Shown here: piece by piece, positions 8,046-18,457 of the stretch
Layout of the letters: each line of letters begins with the position of its first letter
Position numbering within the stretch: position 1 is the first letter of the stretch
Source: Mucilaginibacter sp.
GTDB taxonomy: Bacteria > Bacteroidota > Bacteroidia > Sphingobacteriales > Sphingobacteriaceae
DNA: 64,000 nucleotides
Direction of reading: 5' to 3'
Assembly (NCBI GenBank): GCA_035492275.1
Contig: DATJJI010000163.1
Coordinates: 3,141-67,140 of the forward strand
Notes under the pieces: generated by a model
Told to the model about the DNA's origin: nothing
Seen by the model: the letters and a program-made list of their open reading frames with translations, nothing else
Databases searched by the model: none
Made by a program: the position numbers and the translations under genes

Positions 8046-10865
8046 TTACTTACTCAAATACATTGATTTCTCTTTATACAGGTGTCTGAAGTATGGATCC
8101 TGCAGATCGGGTATAAAACGGATAGCCTCGCCGGTTGATTTCATTTCAGGGCCCAGTTGTTTTTCAACCTCAGGGAACTTATCGAACGAGAATACCGGTT
8201 CTTTTATGGCATAGCCTTTAAGCTTACGCTCAATGTTAAAATCCTTTAGTTTATTAGCACCCAGCATGATCTTGGCGGCAATATTAATATAAGGCACGTC
8301 ATATGCTTTCGCGATGAAAGGCACTGTACGTGAAGCACGCGGGTTAGCCTCGATCACATAAACCTCATCGTCTTTAATAGCGAACTGTATGTTCAGCAAA
8401 CCGCGGACATTCAGGGCCTGGGCAATCTTCTTAGTATAGGCTTCCATTTTGTTGATCACGTTTGCCGACAGATCGAACGGTGGCAATACCGCAAACGAGT
8501 CGCCGGAGTGGATACCAGCGGGCTCAATATGCTCCATTAAACCAACTATGTGTACATCCTCGCCATCACTGATAGAATCAGATTCCGCTTCAGACGCACG
8601 GTCAAGGAAGTGATCGATCAATACACGGTTGCCCGGTAAGTTTTTCAATAAACCAACAACGGCTTTCTCCAGGTCCTCATCATTTATCACAATACTCATG
8701 CCTTGTCCGCCTAACACGTAGCTTGGGCGTACCAATACCGGGTAGCCAACATGGTGAGCAACTTCCAGCGCCTCTTCCGCGCTTTCGGCTACGCCATATT
8801 TTGGATAAGGGATGTCCAGATCTTTCAACAGGTCAGAGAAACGGCCACGATCTTCGGCAATATCCATATCGTTAAATGAAGTACCGATGATCTTGATGCC
8901 ATGCTCGTGCATTTTCTCGGCCATCTTCAAAGCGGTTTGCCCGCCCAGCTGAACAATTACTCCCTCGGGTTTTTCAAGTTCTATGATCTCGCGCACATGC
9001 TCCCAGAAAACCGGCTCAAAGTATAGTTTATCGGCCATGTTAAAGTCGGTCGATACCGTTTCGGGGTTACAGTTAACCATAATGGCTTCGTAGCCGGCTT
9101 CTTTAGCGGCAAGCAGGCCGTGAACACAGCTGTAATCAAACTCAATACCCTGGCCTATACGGTTAGGGCCCGAGCCTAATACAACTATTTTTTTCTTATC
9201 AGATGAGATCGATTCGTTCTCGCCCTCGTAAGTTGAATAGTAGTAGGGCGTTTTGGCAGGGAACTCCGCGGCGCAGGTATCAACCATTTTGTAAACACGC
9301 TTAATGCCTAACTCCTTGCGGCGCTGGTATACATCCTCTTCGGTAGTGTTATTATGCAGGATGTACGCGATCTGCGCGTCCGAAAATCCTTTTTGTTTCA
9401 GTGTATACAAAAAGTCTTCGGGTATATTACCTACCGAGTAGCGGCGCAGCTCTGTTTCCAGGTTTACAATATCCTGTATCTGGTTCAGGAACCAGCGATC
9501 TATTTTAGTAGCTTTACGTATAGATTCAATAGGCACGCCTAAGCTCATGGCGTCGTAAATATGGAACAATCTGTCCCAGCTTGGATGCTCCAGGCTTTGC
9601 ATGATCTCGTCCAGGTTACGGCTTTGTTTACCATCGGCACCTAAACCGGCACGGCCTATCTCTAAACTCTGACAGGCTTTTTGCAACGCTTCAATAAAGC
9701 TGCGGCCAATGCCCATTACTTCACCTACCGATTTCATTTGCAGGCCCAGCTCGCGGTTGGCGCCTTTAAATTTATCAAAGTTCCAGCGTGGTATTTTTAC
9801 GATCACATAATCAAGCGTTGGCTCAAAATAAGCCGAAGTGGTTTTGGTGATCTGGTTTTCAATTTCGTCCAAATTATAACCAATAGCCAGTTTCGCTGCG
9901 ATCTTAGCGATCGGGTAACCGGTAGCTTTTGATGCCAGTGCCGATGAACGTGAAACACGCGGGTTAATTTCGATAGCTATAATTGCTTCGTCGGCCGGGT
10001 TAACCGAGAACTGTACGTTACAGCCCCCTGCAAAATTACCGATGGCACGCATCATTTTTATGGCCTGGTTACGCATTTCCTGATAACAGCGGTCGCTGAG
10101 GGTCATAGCCGGGGCCACGGTTATCGAGTCGCCGGTATGAATACCCATCGGGTCAAAGTTTTCGATAGAGCAGATGATGATCACGTTATCGTTATTATCA
10201 CGCAGCAGCTCCAGCTCGTATTCTTTCCAGCCCAAAACAGCCTGCTCCACCAAAACCTCGTGGGTTGGCGATGCCTGCAGACCGCGGCTCAGGGCAGCGT
10301 CAAAATCTTCTTTTTTATGTACAAAGCCTGCGCCTTTACCCCCCAGGGTATAGCTTGGGCGTATTACCAGTGGGAAACCGATCTCTTGTGCAGCCTCTTT
10401 GCCTTCAAGAAACGAGTTGGCAATTTTTGATTTGGCAACACCTACGCCAATATCAACCATCAGCTGGCGAAAAGCCTCACGGTTCTCTGTTTTTTCGATA
10501 GCGTCTAAGTCAACACCAACTATTTTTACCCCGTATTTTTCCCAGATACCACGCTCGGCACAGGCTATGCAAAGATTCAGCGCTGTTTGGCCTCCCATAG
10601 TAGGTAATACGGCATCAATTTTTTGTTCCTGAAGTACCTTTTCAATACTTTCGGGCTCAAGCGGCAACAGGTATACATGGTCGGCAATAACGTTATCCGT
10701 CATGATGGTAGCCGGGTTACTGTTAATGATGGATACCGAAATACCTTCATCTTTTAATGAAAGCGCGGCTTGCGAGCCTGCATAATCAAATTCACAAGCC
10801 TGGCCAATAATGATTGGGCCTGAACCAATAATGAGTACGGATTTGATGGAGTTGTCTTTTGGCAT
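8046..10865 (-). CDS. carB: Carbamoyl-phosphate synthase large subunit (short Bacteroidota form without the MGS domain)
   Basis: IIGSGPIIIGQACEFDYAG, two ATP-grasp halves, GPEMKSTGE. Confidence 0.98.
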   Translation of the reverse strand: MPKDNSIKSVLIIGSGPIIIGQACEFDYAGSQAALSLKDEGISVSIINSNPATIMTDNVIADHVYLLPLEPESIEKVLQEQKIDAVLPTMGGQTALNLCIACAERGIWEKYGVKIVGVDLDAIEKTENREAFRQLMVDIGVGVAKSKIANSFLEGKEAAQEIGFPLVIRPSYTLGGKGAGFVHKKEDFDAALSRGLQASPTHEVLVEQAVLGWKEYELELLRDNNDNVIIICSIENFDPMGIHTGDSITVAPAMTLSDRCYQEMRNQAIKMMRAIGNFAGGCNVQFSVNPADEAIIAIEINPRVSRSSALASKATGYPIAKIAAKLAIGYNLDEIENQITKTTSAYFEPTLDYVIVKIPRWNFDKFKGANRELGLQMKSVGEVMGIGRSFIEALQKACQSLEIGRAGLGADGKQSRNLDEIMQSLEHPSWDRLFHIYDAMSLGVPIESIRKATKIDRWFLNQIQDIVNLETELRRYSVGNIPEDFLYTLKQKGFSDAQIAYILHNNTTEEDVYQRRKELGIKRVYKMVDTCAAEFPAKTPYYYSTYEGENESISSDKKKIVVLGSGPNRIGQGIEFDYSCVHGLLAAKEAGYEAIMVNCNPETVSTDFNMADKLYFEPVFWEHVREIIELEKPEGVIVQLGGQTALKMAEKMHEHGIKIIGTSFNDMDIAEDRGRFSDLLKDLDIPYPKYGVAESAEEALEVAHHVGYPVLVRPSYVLGGQGMSIVINDEDLEKAVVGLLKNLPGNRVLIDHFLDRASEAESDSISDGEDVHIVGLMEHIEPAGIHSGDSFAVLPPFDLSANVINKMEAYTKKIAQALNVRGLLNIQFAIKDDEVYVIEANPRASRTVPFIAKAYDVPYINIAAKIMLGANKLKDFNIERKLKGYAIKEPVFSFDKFPEVEKQLGPEMKSTGEAIRFIPDLQDPYFRHLYKEKSMYLSK

Positions 10866-11118
10866 AGTTTTTTTAAGTTGATAGCTGATGGTTAGTGCAT
10901 TTGCATTGATCCAGAAACTAAATTCTATGCGCTGAAAGCGAGAATCCCGACCTCAGCGTCGGGGTGCAAAGATAGAATTTTATACAGCTACTTCCTTGTC
11001 TTTTTTCAAAAAACAATATCAAGGTTTGTGAACATCTTTAAACTTTACGCAATACCGACACTTTCATTCAATTTACCATAATTAATATTAAATTTATACA
11101 CCATTTCAATCAGCCATT

Positions 11119-11646
11119 ATGAAAAAACATTTTCCTTTTGCTTTGATCATTTTGTTAGCATTATGTAGTAGTTGCGGCATGATGGAATCTATCGTCAAAT
11201 CATCGTTTCCATATACGGCTACGCTGGTAGTGCCCGCCAGTTCGCAGGTTGGCAAAAGCTACGCGGCGGTAAGTTTGGCTAACAGCTTTGATCAAAACTT
11301 TTCAAAAAAAGGGAACAATGCCGATAAGGTAAGCGAGGTAACCATTATTTCGGCCAAGCTGCAATCAACCGAACCGTCTGATTTTAATTTGGGTGATCTG
11401 AAGTCGGTAAGTATCTACCTGTCAAAAGAAAACGAGAAGGAAGAGGTGCTGGTAGCGTCACGCACAGATATAACTCCCGGTGTTGGCAACACAATGACCC
11501 TTGATATTGACAACTCGAAATTTTTAGACCCCCTGGTGCGTGAACCGGACATTAGAATAAAAATGGTTTATGAGCTGCGCAAAAAAACCAATGTAGATGT
11601 AAGCCTGCACCTGGTTTTAGGGCTAAATGCTTATCCGGCGAAATAA
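11119..11646 (+). CDS. Hypothetical lipoprotein
   Basis: Signal peptide with lipobox (CSSC); 175-aa ORF. Confidence 0.75.
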   Translation: MKKHFPFALIILLALCSSCGMMESIVKSSFPYTATLVVPASSQVGKSYAAVSLANSFDQNFSKKGNNADKVSEVTIISAKLQSTEPSDFNLGDLKSVSIYLSKENEKEEVLVASRTDITPGVGNTMTLDIDNSKFLDPLVREPDIRIKMVYELRKKTNVDVSLHLVLGLNAYPAK

Positions 11647-11695
11647 AAAACTCATGGCAATAAGCCCAAAACCGCTCGCGTATCTGATTTAACTG

Positions 11696-12673
11696 TTATT
11701 CAAAAAGGCCTACACTACCCCTGGTTTTTAAGCTAAAGGGCATGGTATAAACGCATTTTTCGGGGATGCCATATATTACTGCAGGCTCCCAGCCTTTCGC
11801 CGACATGCCGATAATCCGTTTCAGATCGGTAGTTACCGATTCGTCAGCTGAATTTGCAACCTCAACATGGTCTACCTTTCCGCCAGGAATAATCACGAAC
11901 GAGATAAAAGCGGTACCGTTTAAGTTTGATACAACATCGTCCCGCAAGGAATTGAACGAGTTTTGCAGGAATTGATGTAAAGCCACAGGGCCTTTACGAT
12001 AATAAGCCGCAACAAAACGTTGCTGATATTCATGTTTATTACCGGCCTCGTCAATAGCGATACCGCTCAGTAAGGCCCCGTTATCATAGTGCTCGGTATA
12101 GGTAACCTTAACAGTGGCATCCTTTCCTTTCCAAGCCCCGTCACGTAAGCCATTTTTAATTGCGCCTTCTTCTGCTATATATTTAAACGCGCTATCATAG
12201 CCCACGTAGTACCCTTCACCATTATTAACCAGCGCTTTTCCGGCCGAATCCAGGCAGGTGACTATGCGGTATTTGTTATCCTTGTAGTTTACAGGTTGGG
12301 GGGAGTAATCTTTTACCGAATAAATTTTACCGCTGGGATAGTATTCATAAAGCAAGCCGGTTAGTTTATCATCCTTATAGGTTGCCAATTGTTGTCTTTT
12401 ACCGTTCGGGAAAAAGCTGGCTACCTGCCCCTGGTATAACAATGGCGAAACGGTTGATGATTTACCGATCAGCTTTTTTTGGCCGTTAACGTAATACTCG
12501 TAAACATTAAATAAATCCGACCCTGCGTCTGGCTCCTGTACCACCCGGTAGTAATCGGCATCGCCTTTTTTTGACACGGAGGTACCATCGTTCTTAAAAA
12601 AATAAACATTTTGTTTTTGCGCGAAACAAGCGCTCAGGACAAAAACTAGCGCCAGGGTAAAGGTTGCTTTCAT
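11696..12673 (-). CDS. MORN/YwqK-like repeat protein with a TonB C-terminal-like domain
   Basis: Signal peptide, YYVNGQKK/FFPNGKR/YYPSGKI repeats, C-terminal GTAFISFVI..GKV..V...WEPA...G.P. Confidence 0.7.
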   Translation of the reverse strand: MKATFTLALVFVLSACFAQKQNVYFFKNDGTSVSKKGDADYYRVVQEPDAGSDLFNVYEYYVNGQKKLIGKSSTVSPLLYQGQVASFFPNGKRQQLATYKDDKLTGLLYEYYPSGKIYSVKDYSPQPVNYKDNKYRIVTCLDSAGKALVNNGEGYYVGYDSAFKYIAEEGAIKNGLRDGAWKGKDATVKVTYTEHYDNGALLSGIAIDEAGNKHEYQQRFVAAYYRKGPVALHQFLQNSFNSLRDDVVSNLNGTAFISFVIIPGGKVDHVEVANSADESVTTDLKRIIGMSAKGWEPAVIYGIPEKCVYTMPFSLKTRGSVGLFE

Positions 12674-12703
12674 GCTCAAAACTATTAAATTACTTAAAAA
12701 AAG

Positions 12704-13054
12704 CTATTTAATCAGTTTATTATCAATATCGGGGAATACTAAAATAGGTTCGTAGTTGCGGGCTTCGTCCATTTCCATGTAGGCGTATGACATGATGATC
12801 ACCACATCACCCACCTGCGCAAGCCTTGCCGTAGCGCCATTTAAACATATGGTACCGCTGCCGCGCTCACCCTTTATTACATAAGTTTCAAAGCGGGCAC
12901 CGTTATTATTATTTACAATCTGCACCTTCTCGTTGGCAATAATGTTTGCCGCGTCCATCAAATCTTCATCAATGGTAATACTACCTACGTAGTTTAATTC
13001 GGCCTGGGTAACCCTTGCCCTGTGAAGCTTTGATTTTAATACCTCAATGATCAT
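12704..13054 (-). CDS. panD: Aspartate 1-decarboxylase
   Basis: [20 protein letters not shown] self-cleavage motif; NGARFETY. Confidence 0.97.
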   Translation of the reverse strand: MIIEVLKSKLHRARVTQAELNYVGSITIDEDLMDAANIIANEKVQIVNNNNGARFETYVIKGERGSGTICLNGATARLAQVGDVVIIMSYAYMEMDEARNYEPILVFPDIDNKLIK

Positions 13055-13175
13055 GGTGCAAAGTTACAGTTTTAGTTATTAAAGAATAAAGATTGAAGAT
13101 TAGTTGACTTTATTATGTTAAACATATTGGAGTTCAATTTATTAGGACCGATCTTTAATCTTCAATCACTAATCT

Positions 13176-14012
13176 TTAAAACAACATATTATCTATCAAC
13201 CTTGTTTTGCCAACGGTTGCGGCTACCAGCGCAACTATATTTTTAGTGTTTTGATTCGCGGGGTGTAAAGTACCGGCATCGGCCAGCTCAAAATAGGCCG
13301 GTTTCACATCTGGCTCGTTGCTTATCATTTCTGTCGCTCTTTGTATGATAGTGCTTAATGGGGCGCCTTGTTCAAAATCATATTTAGCCTGGTTAAGCGC
13401 TTTCGATAATACCAGTGCATGCCGTCTTTCTTCGGCCGATAAGTGTATATTCCTTGAGCTCATTGCCAAGCCATCGGCCTCGCGCATAATGGGGCACATT
13501 ACCAGTTTAACGGGCATATTCAGCAGGTTTATCATTTTGCTGATCACTAAAAACTGCTGATAATCCTTTTGTCCGAAAAAGGCGGCATCGGGCATAACAA
13601 TATTGAACAGCTTGCTTACTACCTGTGTAACCCCCTGGTAGTGCCCGGGCCTGAATTTTCCTTCCAGCAAACCTTCCAGATCGCCTATTGCTAAATGCCA
13701 TTTTTCATTCCCGGCATACATTTCGCTAACCGGGGGATTAAACAAAATATCACAGCCCGCTTGCTCCAGCTTTTTTATATCATCTTGTATGGGCCGGGGG
13801 TATATTTCGAGGTCTTTTGGATCGTTAAACTGCGTTGGGTTTACAAAAATGCTGCATACTACCACACTACATTGTTGCTGTGCCTGCTCTACTAATGATA
13901 AATGCCCCTGGTGCAGTGCACCCATGGTTGGCACCAGCCCAATAACGGCTCCATTGGCCCTTAATAGGGCCAAATGCTGCTGTAACTCTGCTTTTGTGGT
14001 AAATATTTTCAA
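13176..14012 (-). CDS. panC: Pantoate--beta-alanine ligase
   Basis: VPTMGALHQGH, FVNPTQF, GQKDYQQ, GLAMSSRN, TRLIDN. Confidence 0.97.
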   Translation of the reverse strand: MKIFTTKAELQQHLALLRANGAVIGLVPTMGALHQGHLSLVEQAQQQCSVVVCSIFVNPTQFNDPKDLEIYPRPIQDDIKKLEQAGCDILFNPPVSEMYAGNEKWHLAIGDLEGLLEGKFRPGHYQGVTQVVSKLFNIVMPDAAFFGQKDYQQFLVISKMINLLNMPVKLVMCPIMREADGLAMSSRNIHLSAEERRHALVLSKALNQAKYDFEQGAPLSTIIQRATEMISNEPDVKPAYFELADAGTLHPANQNTKNIVALVAATVGKTRLIDNMLF

Positions 14013-14163
14013 TATAATAGCTTACAAAAAGTGGGCGAAGTTGCACAAATCATTAAAAATAACCAAAACTACTTGCACAATTGATTGATAGTTCATATAT
14101 AATGCTTATATTTGCAAACTCAAATTTTTTGGGTTCTTACATAAATTTAATTCTGATTTGGAG

Positions 14164-14988
14164 ATGGGTAAATCTAAGCTTTTGTTTATAACTCATGAAA
14201 TGTCGCCTTTCCTTGAACTCTCAAAAATTTCTGAAATAACACGTCAGCTTCCGCAGGCCATGCAGGAAAAGGGCTACGAAATTCGTATCCTGATGCCGCG
14301 TTTTGGAAATATTAATGAGCGTAGGAATCGCCTTCATGAAGTGATCAGGCTATCGGGCATGAATATTATTATTAATGACAATGATAATCCGCTGATCATA
14401 AAAGTTGCATCTATCCCTGCGGCGCGTATGCAGGTGTATTTTTTAGATAATGAAGAGTACTTTCAGCGCAAGCATGTGTTTGAGGATAAGGACGGCAAAT
14501 TTTACGCTGACAACGATGAGCGTATGATTTTCTTTTGCAAAGGTGCATTAGAAACAGTAAAAAAATTAGGTTGGGCGCCTGATGTGATTCACTGCCACGG
14601 CTGGATGAGCGCATTGGTTCCGGCTTATTTAAAAACTACTTATAAAGACGACCCTACTTTTAAAAACTCAAAAATTGTTTACTCAATTTATGAGAATGAT
14701 TTTAAGGGACAAATGAATGCCGATTTTGCACAAAAAGCAGTTATGGGCGATATGACCGAAAAGCATACTGATATGTATAAAGCCGGTACTAATACTGCTT
14801 TATACGAAGGAGCTATTCACTACAGCGATGGAATTGTGCTTGGCAGTGAGAATATCGATGGGGATGTGTTAAATAATGTTAAAAACAGCCATAAATCGGT
14901 TTTAGAATTCAATTCTACTGCAGATTTCGAAAATTATTACAATTTTTACGACGAAATTGCCAACGAAGAATTGGCGAATGTTGTATAA
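14164..14988 (+). CDS. Glycogen/starch synthase-like protein (GT5 N-terminal domain only)
   Basis: EIRILMPRFG, PDVIHCHGWMS; about 270 aa. -7 box TATATTTG at 14107-14114. Confidence 0.88.
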   Translation: MGKSKLLFITHEMSPFLELSKISEITRQLPQAMQEKGYEIRILMPRFGNINERRNRLHEVIRLSGMNIIINDNDNPLIIKVASIPAARMQVYFLDNEEYFQRKHVFEDKDGKFYADNDERMIFFCKGALETVKKLGWAPDVIHCHGWMSALVPAYLKTTYKDDPTFKNSKIVYSIYENDFKGQMNADFAQKAVMGDMTEKHTDMYKAGTNTALYEGAIHYSDGIVLGSENIDGDVLNNVKNSHKSVLEFNSTADFENYYNFYDEIANEELANVV

Positions 14989-15003
14989 GCTTTGAGATCA
15001 TAT

Positions 15004-16389
15004 ATGAAATTTTTCAGATTAGACTTATTAACCCTGTTGATAAGTCTTTTTATTTTAAATAGTTGTAAAAACCAGGATACCATTGGCTTGGGCGTGAACA
15101 CATCAACCCAACTAAGCGGTAACCTCATCGATACTTCGACCATTATAGTAAATACTATACCTGAAGACAGCGTTATAACCAGCGGTTTAGGAAATACAGC
15201 ATTGTCTTATTTTAAAGACCCTGTTTTGGGTACATCCGAAGCTAATATAGCTATGGACCTGAATTTACCGGGAAGCGCCGCCTATGTAATTCCGCCCGGA
15301 ACCATAACTATCGACTCTGCTTTATTGGTATTGCGATACTCGCCCAGCCATTTTTACGGTGATTCGATCGCTTCAAGATATAAGGTAAACGTATACCAGC
15401 TTAATGAACGCTTGTTTGCAACCTCAAAATACCTTAGCAACAAGAGATGGAACTACAATAATTCAACCATACTAGGCACAAAAACCTTTTTTTCAAGGAC
15501 CAACGACTCTATAAAAATTGTTAACCCGGTTGGTGGGGGGCCCGATACACCTGTACTGGTACCACCCCAGTTAAGAATTCCGATTAACACCAGCTTTATA
15601 AATAATATTTTATATAACGCAAGCAGTACACAACTGGGCTCAAACCTGGTATTTAAAAATAATGTGAAGGGCCTGTATGTTACGCTTGATAAAAATCAGG
15701 CCGGGCCGGGCGGTACATTTATGTTTGCTTTAGATTCGGCTGCTGCCATACAAATATATTTCAGAAACTATGATGGTACAGCCATTGATACAGCTGTTAT
15801 ATCATTGCCAAGCACCCTTCATGCTTCCGAAATTAAACATACTTACAGTACTGCCGTCCAAACCGAGCTTGCCAATACTACCACCAATCGAAAAACATTT
15901 TATTTACAGGGGCTTGCCGGCTTACGAAGCAAAATAAGTTTCCCTTATATTAAAAGTCTTATAAAAACAATCGGAGCTAATATAGCCGTGAACCGTGCCG
16001 AGCTGGTTATAACGGTGGTCCCGGGCTCAACCATACCTTTTGCACCGTTGCCCAAATTAGCCATGTACCGGTATGATCTGGCTAACCAGCGCATACTAAT
16101 TCAAGATGCCGCGCAGGGCGACCCCCGAGCATTCGGAGCGACCGCTTTTGGTGGTTTTTATAATCCGCCCACGCAACAGTATCATTTTCTTATCACCGGG
16201 TATATTCAGGATCTGCTACGCGGCGTAACAACCGACCTGGGCACCTTTATAGGCCCTGTAGCACCCGACCTATCGGGCGTGGTAGGCGCTACCCCACAAA
16301 TTGACGGAAGAACAGTAGCTGTTGGCTTTGATAAGTCTTCGCAATATCGTATAAAGCTAAACCTTTACTATACTAAACTTCCCCAATAA
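15004..16389 (+). CDS. DUF4270-family lipoprotein
   Basis: Lipobox LNSC, D.VLG.SEA, IDSALLVL; lies between the GT5 gene and glmS as is usual in Bacteroidota. Confidence 0.8.
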   Translation: MKFFRLDLLTLLISLFILNSCKNQDTIGLGVNTSTQLSGNLIDTSTIIVNTIPEDSVITSGLGNTALSYFKDPVLGTSEANIAMDLNLPGSAAYVIPPGTITIDSALLVLRYSPSHFYGDSIASRYKVNVYQLNERLFATSKYLSNKRWNYNNSTILGTKTFFSRTNDSIKIVNPVGGGPDTPVLVPPQLRIPINTSFINNILYNASSTQLGSNLVFKNNVKGLYVTLDKNQAGPGGTFMFALDSAAAIQIYFRNYDGTAIDTAVISLPSTLHASEIKHTYSTAVQTELANTTTNRKTFYLQGLAGLRSKISFPYIKSLIKTIGANIAVNRAELVITVVPGSTIPFAPLPKLAMYRYDLANQRILIQDAAQGDPRAFGATAFGGFYNPPTQQYHFLITGYIQDLLRGVTTDLGTFIGPVAPDLSGVVGATPQIDGRTVAVGFDKSSQYRIKLNLYYTKLPQ

Positions 16390-16408
16390 AGGTTATATCT
16401 AAACTAAA

Positions 16409-16449
16409 CAATAGCAATTAGTTAGTGTTCCATTAACTAATTGCTATTG
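16409..16449. terminator. Long AT-rich hairpin between the DUF4270 gene and glmS
   Basis: CAATAGCAATTAGTTA ... TAACTAATTGCTATTG, 16-bp perfect arms. Confidence 0.55.
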
Positions 16450-16501
16450 ATATTGTCATATAGCTGAGTATTTTTGCTTAATTACCATTTAATTTTTTTG
16501 T

Positions 16502-18337
16502 ATGTGTGGAATAGTAGGCTACATAGGTCATAGAGAGGCTTATCCAATAATTATAAAAGGTTTACACCGGCTTGAATATCGCGGATACGACAGTGCTGGT
16601 ATTGCCCTGATTGATAAGGAATTAAAGGTTTATAAAAAAGCCGGAAAAGTTAGTGACCTGGAAAACTTTGTTAAAGATGTTAACCTTAAAGGCTCTATTG
16701 GTATGGGCCATACACGCTGGGCAACTCATGGCGCACCCAGCGATCGCAACTCGCACCCGCATTCATCAAGCGACCGTAAGCTTACTATTATTCATAACGG
16801 AATAATTGAGAATTATGGTGTAATTAAAGAAACACTCCTGGCCAAGGGGCATGTTTTTAAAAGTGATACCGATACTGAGGTTTTAATTCACCTTGTTGAA
16901 GATATACAAAAAGAAACCGGTCTTGATTTGCTTGAAGCCGTTAGAATAACGTTAAATAAAGTTATTGGCGCATATGCTATCGTTATTATGAGCGCCGATG
17001 AGCCTAATGAGCTGATAGCGGCACGCAAAGGCAGCCCCATGGTTATCGGGGTAGGTGAAGGTGAATATTTTGTTGCATCAGACGCTACACCAATTGTTGA
17101 ATACACCAAAAACGTTATTTATTTAAATGATAACGAAATAGCACGTATCCATCGTGATGATCTGCTGATCAAAAATATTGATAATACCATCCAAACGCCA
17201 TATATACAGGAGTTGGATATGCAGTTGGAAATGCTTGAAAAAGGCGGCTACGATCACTTTATGTTAAAAGAGATCTATGAGCAGCCCCGCTCTATTCATG
17301 ATTGCCTGCGCGGCCGCATTTACCCCACACAGGGCAAAATACAAATGAGCGGCCTCAACGAGTACCGGGACAAGCTTAAAAATGTTGATCGTATCATTAT
17401 TATAGCCTGCGGTACTTCATGGCATGCCGGCCTGGTTGGCGAATATTTAATAGAGGAACATGCGCGCATACCTGTTGAAGTAGAATATGCTTCCGAATTC
17501 AGATATCGTAATCCTATTATTACGCCGAAAGATATTGTCATCGCCATATCGCAATCAGGCGAAACAGCTGATACCATGGCAGCGCTTGAATTAGCGAAAG
17601 AAAGAGGTGCCACTATTTTTGGCATTTGCAACGTGGTTGGCGCTTCTATTCCGCGCATTACCGACGCGGGTATTTACACCCATGCCGGCCCCGAAATTGG
17701 GGTGGCCTCAACCAAGGCTTTTACTGCACAGGTTACTATATTAACTTTGGCGGCATTTTATCTTGCTCAACTACGCGGAACAATTGCTCAAAGTAAATTG
17801 ATAGAGTATTTAACAGAGTTGAACAACATACCCGAACTGGTTGAAAAAACATTGCAATGCAATGATCGGGTAGTAGAGATTGCGGCACGTTTTAAAGATT
17901 CGAACAATTGCCTGTTCTTAGGGCGTGGCAGCTCGTTCCCGGTTGCATTGGAAGGGGCATTAAAATTAAAAGAAATATCATATATACATGCCGAAGGTTA
18001 CCCGGCTGCCGAAATGAAACACGGCCCCATAGCCTTAATTGATGACGCGTTACCGGTTATATTTATCGCGACCAAAAACTCATCATACGAAAAAGTGGTT
18101 AGCAATATTCAGGAGGTAAAAGCACGTGGCGGGCACGTTATTGCCATTGTTACCGAAGGCGATACCCAGGTGCGTGATATGGCAGAGTATGTGATAGAGA
18201 TACCACAAACGGACGACGCATTTGTACCATTGTTAGCCACCATTCCTTTACAGTTATTATCCTACCATATAGCTGTAATGCGCGGTTGTAACGTTGATCA
18301 GCCACGTAACCTGGCTAAATCGGTAACAGTAGAATAG
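16502..18337 (+). CDS. glmS: Glutamine--fructose-6-phosphate aminotransferase
   Basis: MCGIVGY, GHTRWATHG, SQSGETAD, C-terminal PRNLAKSVTVE. Confidence 0.98.
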   Translation: MCGIVGYIGHREAYPIIIKGLHRLEYRGYDSAGIALIDKELKVYKKAGKVSDLENFVKDVNLKGSIGMGHTRWATHGAPSDRNSHPHSSSDRKLTIIHNGIIENYGVIKETLLAKGHVFKSDTDTEVLIHLVEDIQKETGLDLLEAVRITLNKVIGAYAIVIMSADEPNELIAARKGSPMVIGVGEGEYFVASDATPIVEYTKNVIYLNDNEIARIHRDDLLIKNIDNTIQTPYIQELDMQLEMLEKGGYDHFMLKEIYEQPRSIHDCLRGRIYPTQGKIQMSGLNEYRDKLKNVDRIIIIACGTSWHAGLVGEYLIEEHARIPVEVEYASEFRYRNPIITPKDIVIAISQSGETADTMAALELAKERGATIFGICNVVGASIPRITDAGIYTHAGPEIGVASTKAFTAQVTILTLAAFYLAQLRGTIAQSKLIEYLTELNNIPELVEKTLQCNDRVVEIAARFKDSNNCLFLGRGSSFPVALEGALKLKEISYIHAEGYPAAEMKHGPIALIDDALPVIFIATKNSSYEKVVSNIQEVKARGGHVIAIVTEGDTQVRDMAEYVIEIPQTDDAFVPLLATIPLQLLSYHIAVMRGCNVDQPRNLAKSVTVE

Positions 18338-18388
18338 TGATTGGTGATTAGAGGTTAGTGATTAGTTTTCTTCTGATTTAGAATAAAC

Positions 18389-18417
18389 ATAAAAGCGCCT
18401 ATAAAGGGCGCTTTTAT
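18389..18417. terminator. Bidirectional terminator between glmS and katA
   Basis: ATAAAAGCGCC-tataaag-GGCGCTTTTAT. Confidence 0.8.
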
Positions 18418-18457
18418 ATTATAACTAATCTCCAATCACTATTCCTCTAATCACTAA

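Noticed and set aside
7984-8214. 76-aa ORF across the REP element and the carB 3' end
   Set aside because: Translation of terminator/REP DNA and antisense carB.
16390-16501. glmS ribozyme upstream of glmS
   Set aside because: The spacer is only about 110 nt with one simple AT-rich hairpin; no recognisable ribozyme core.
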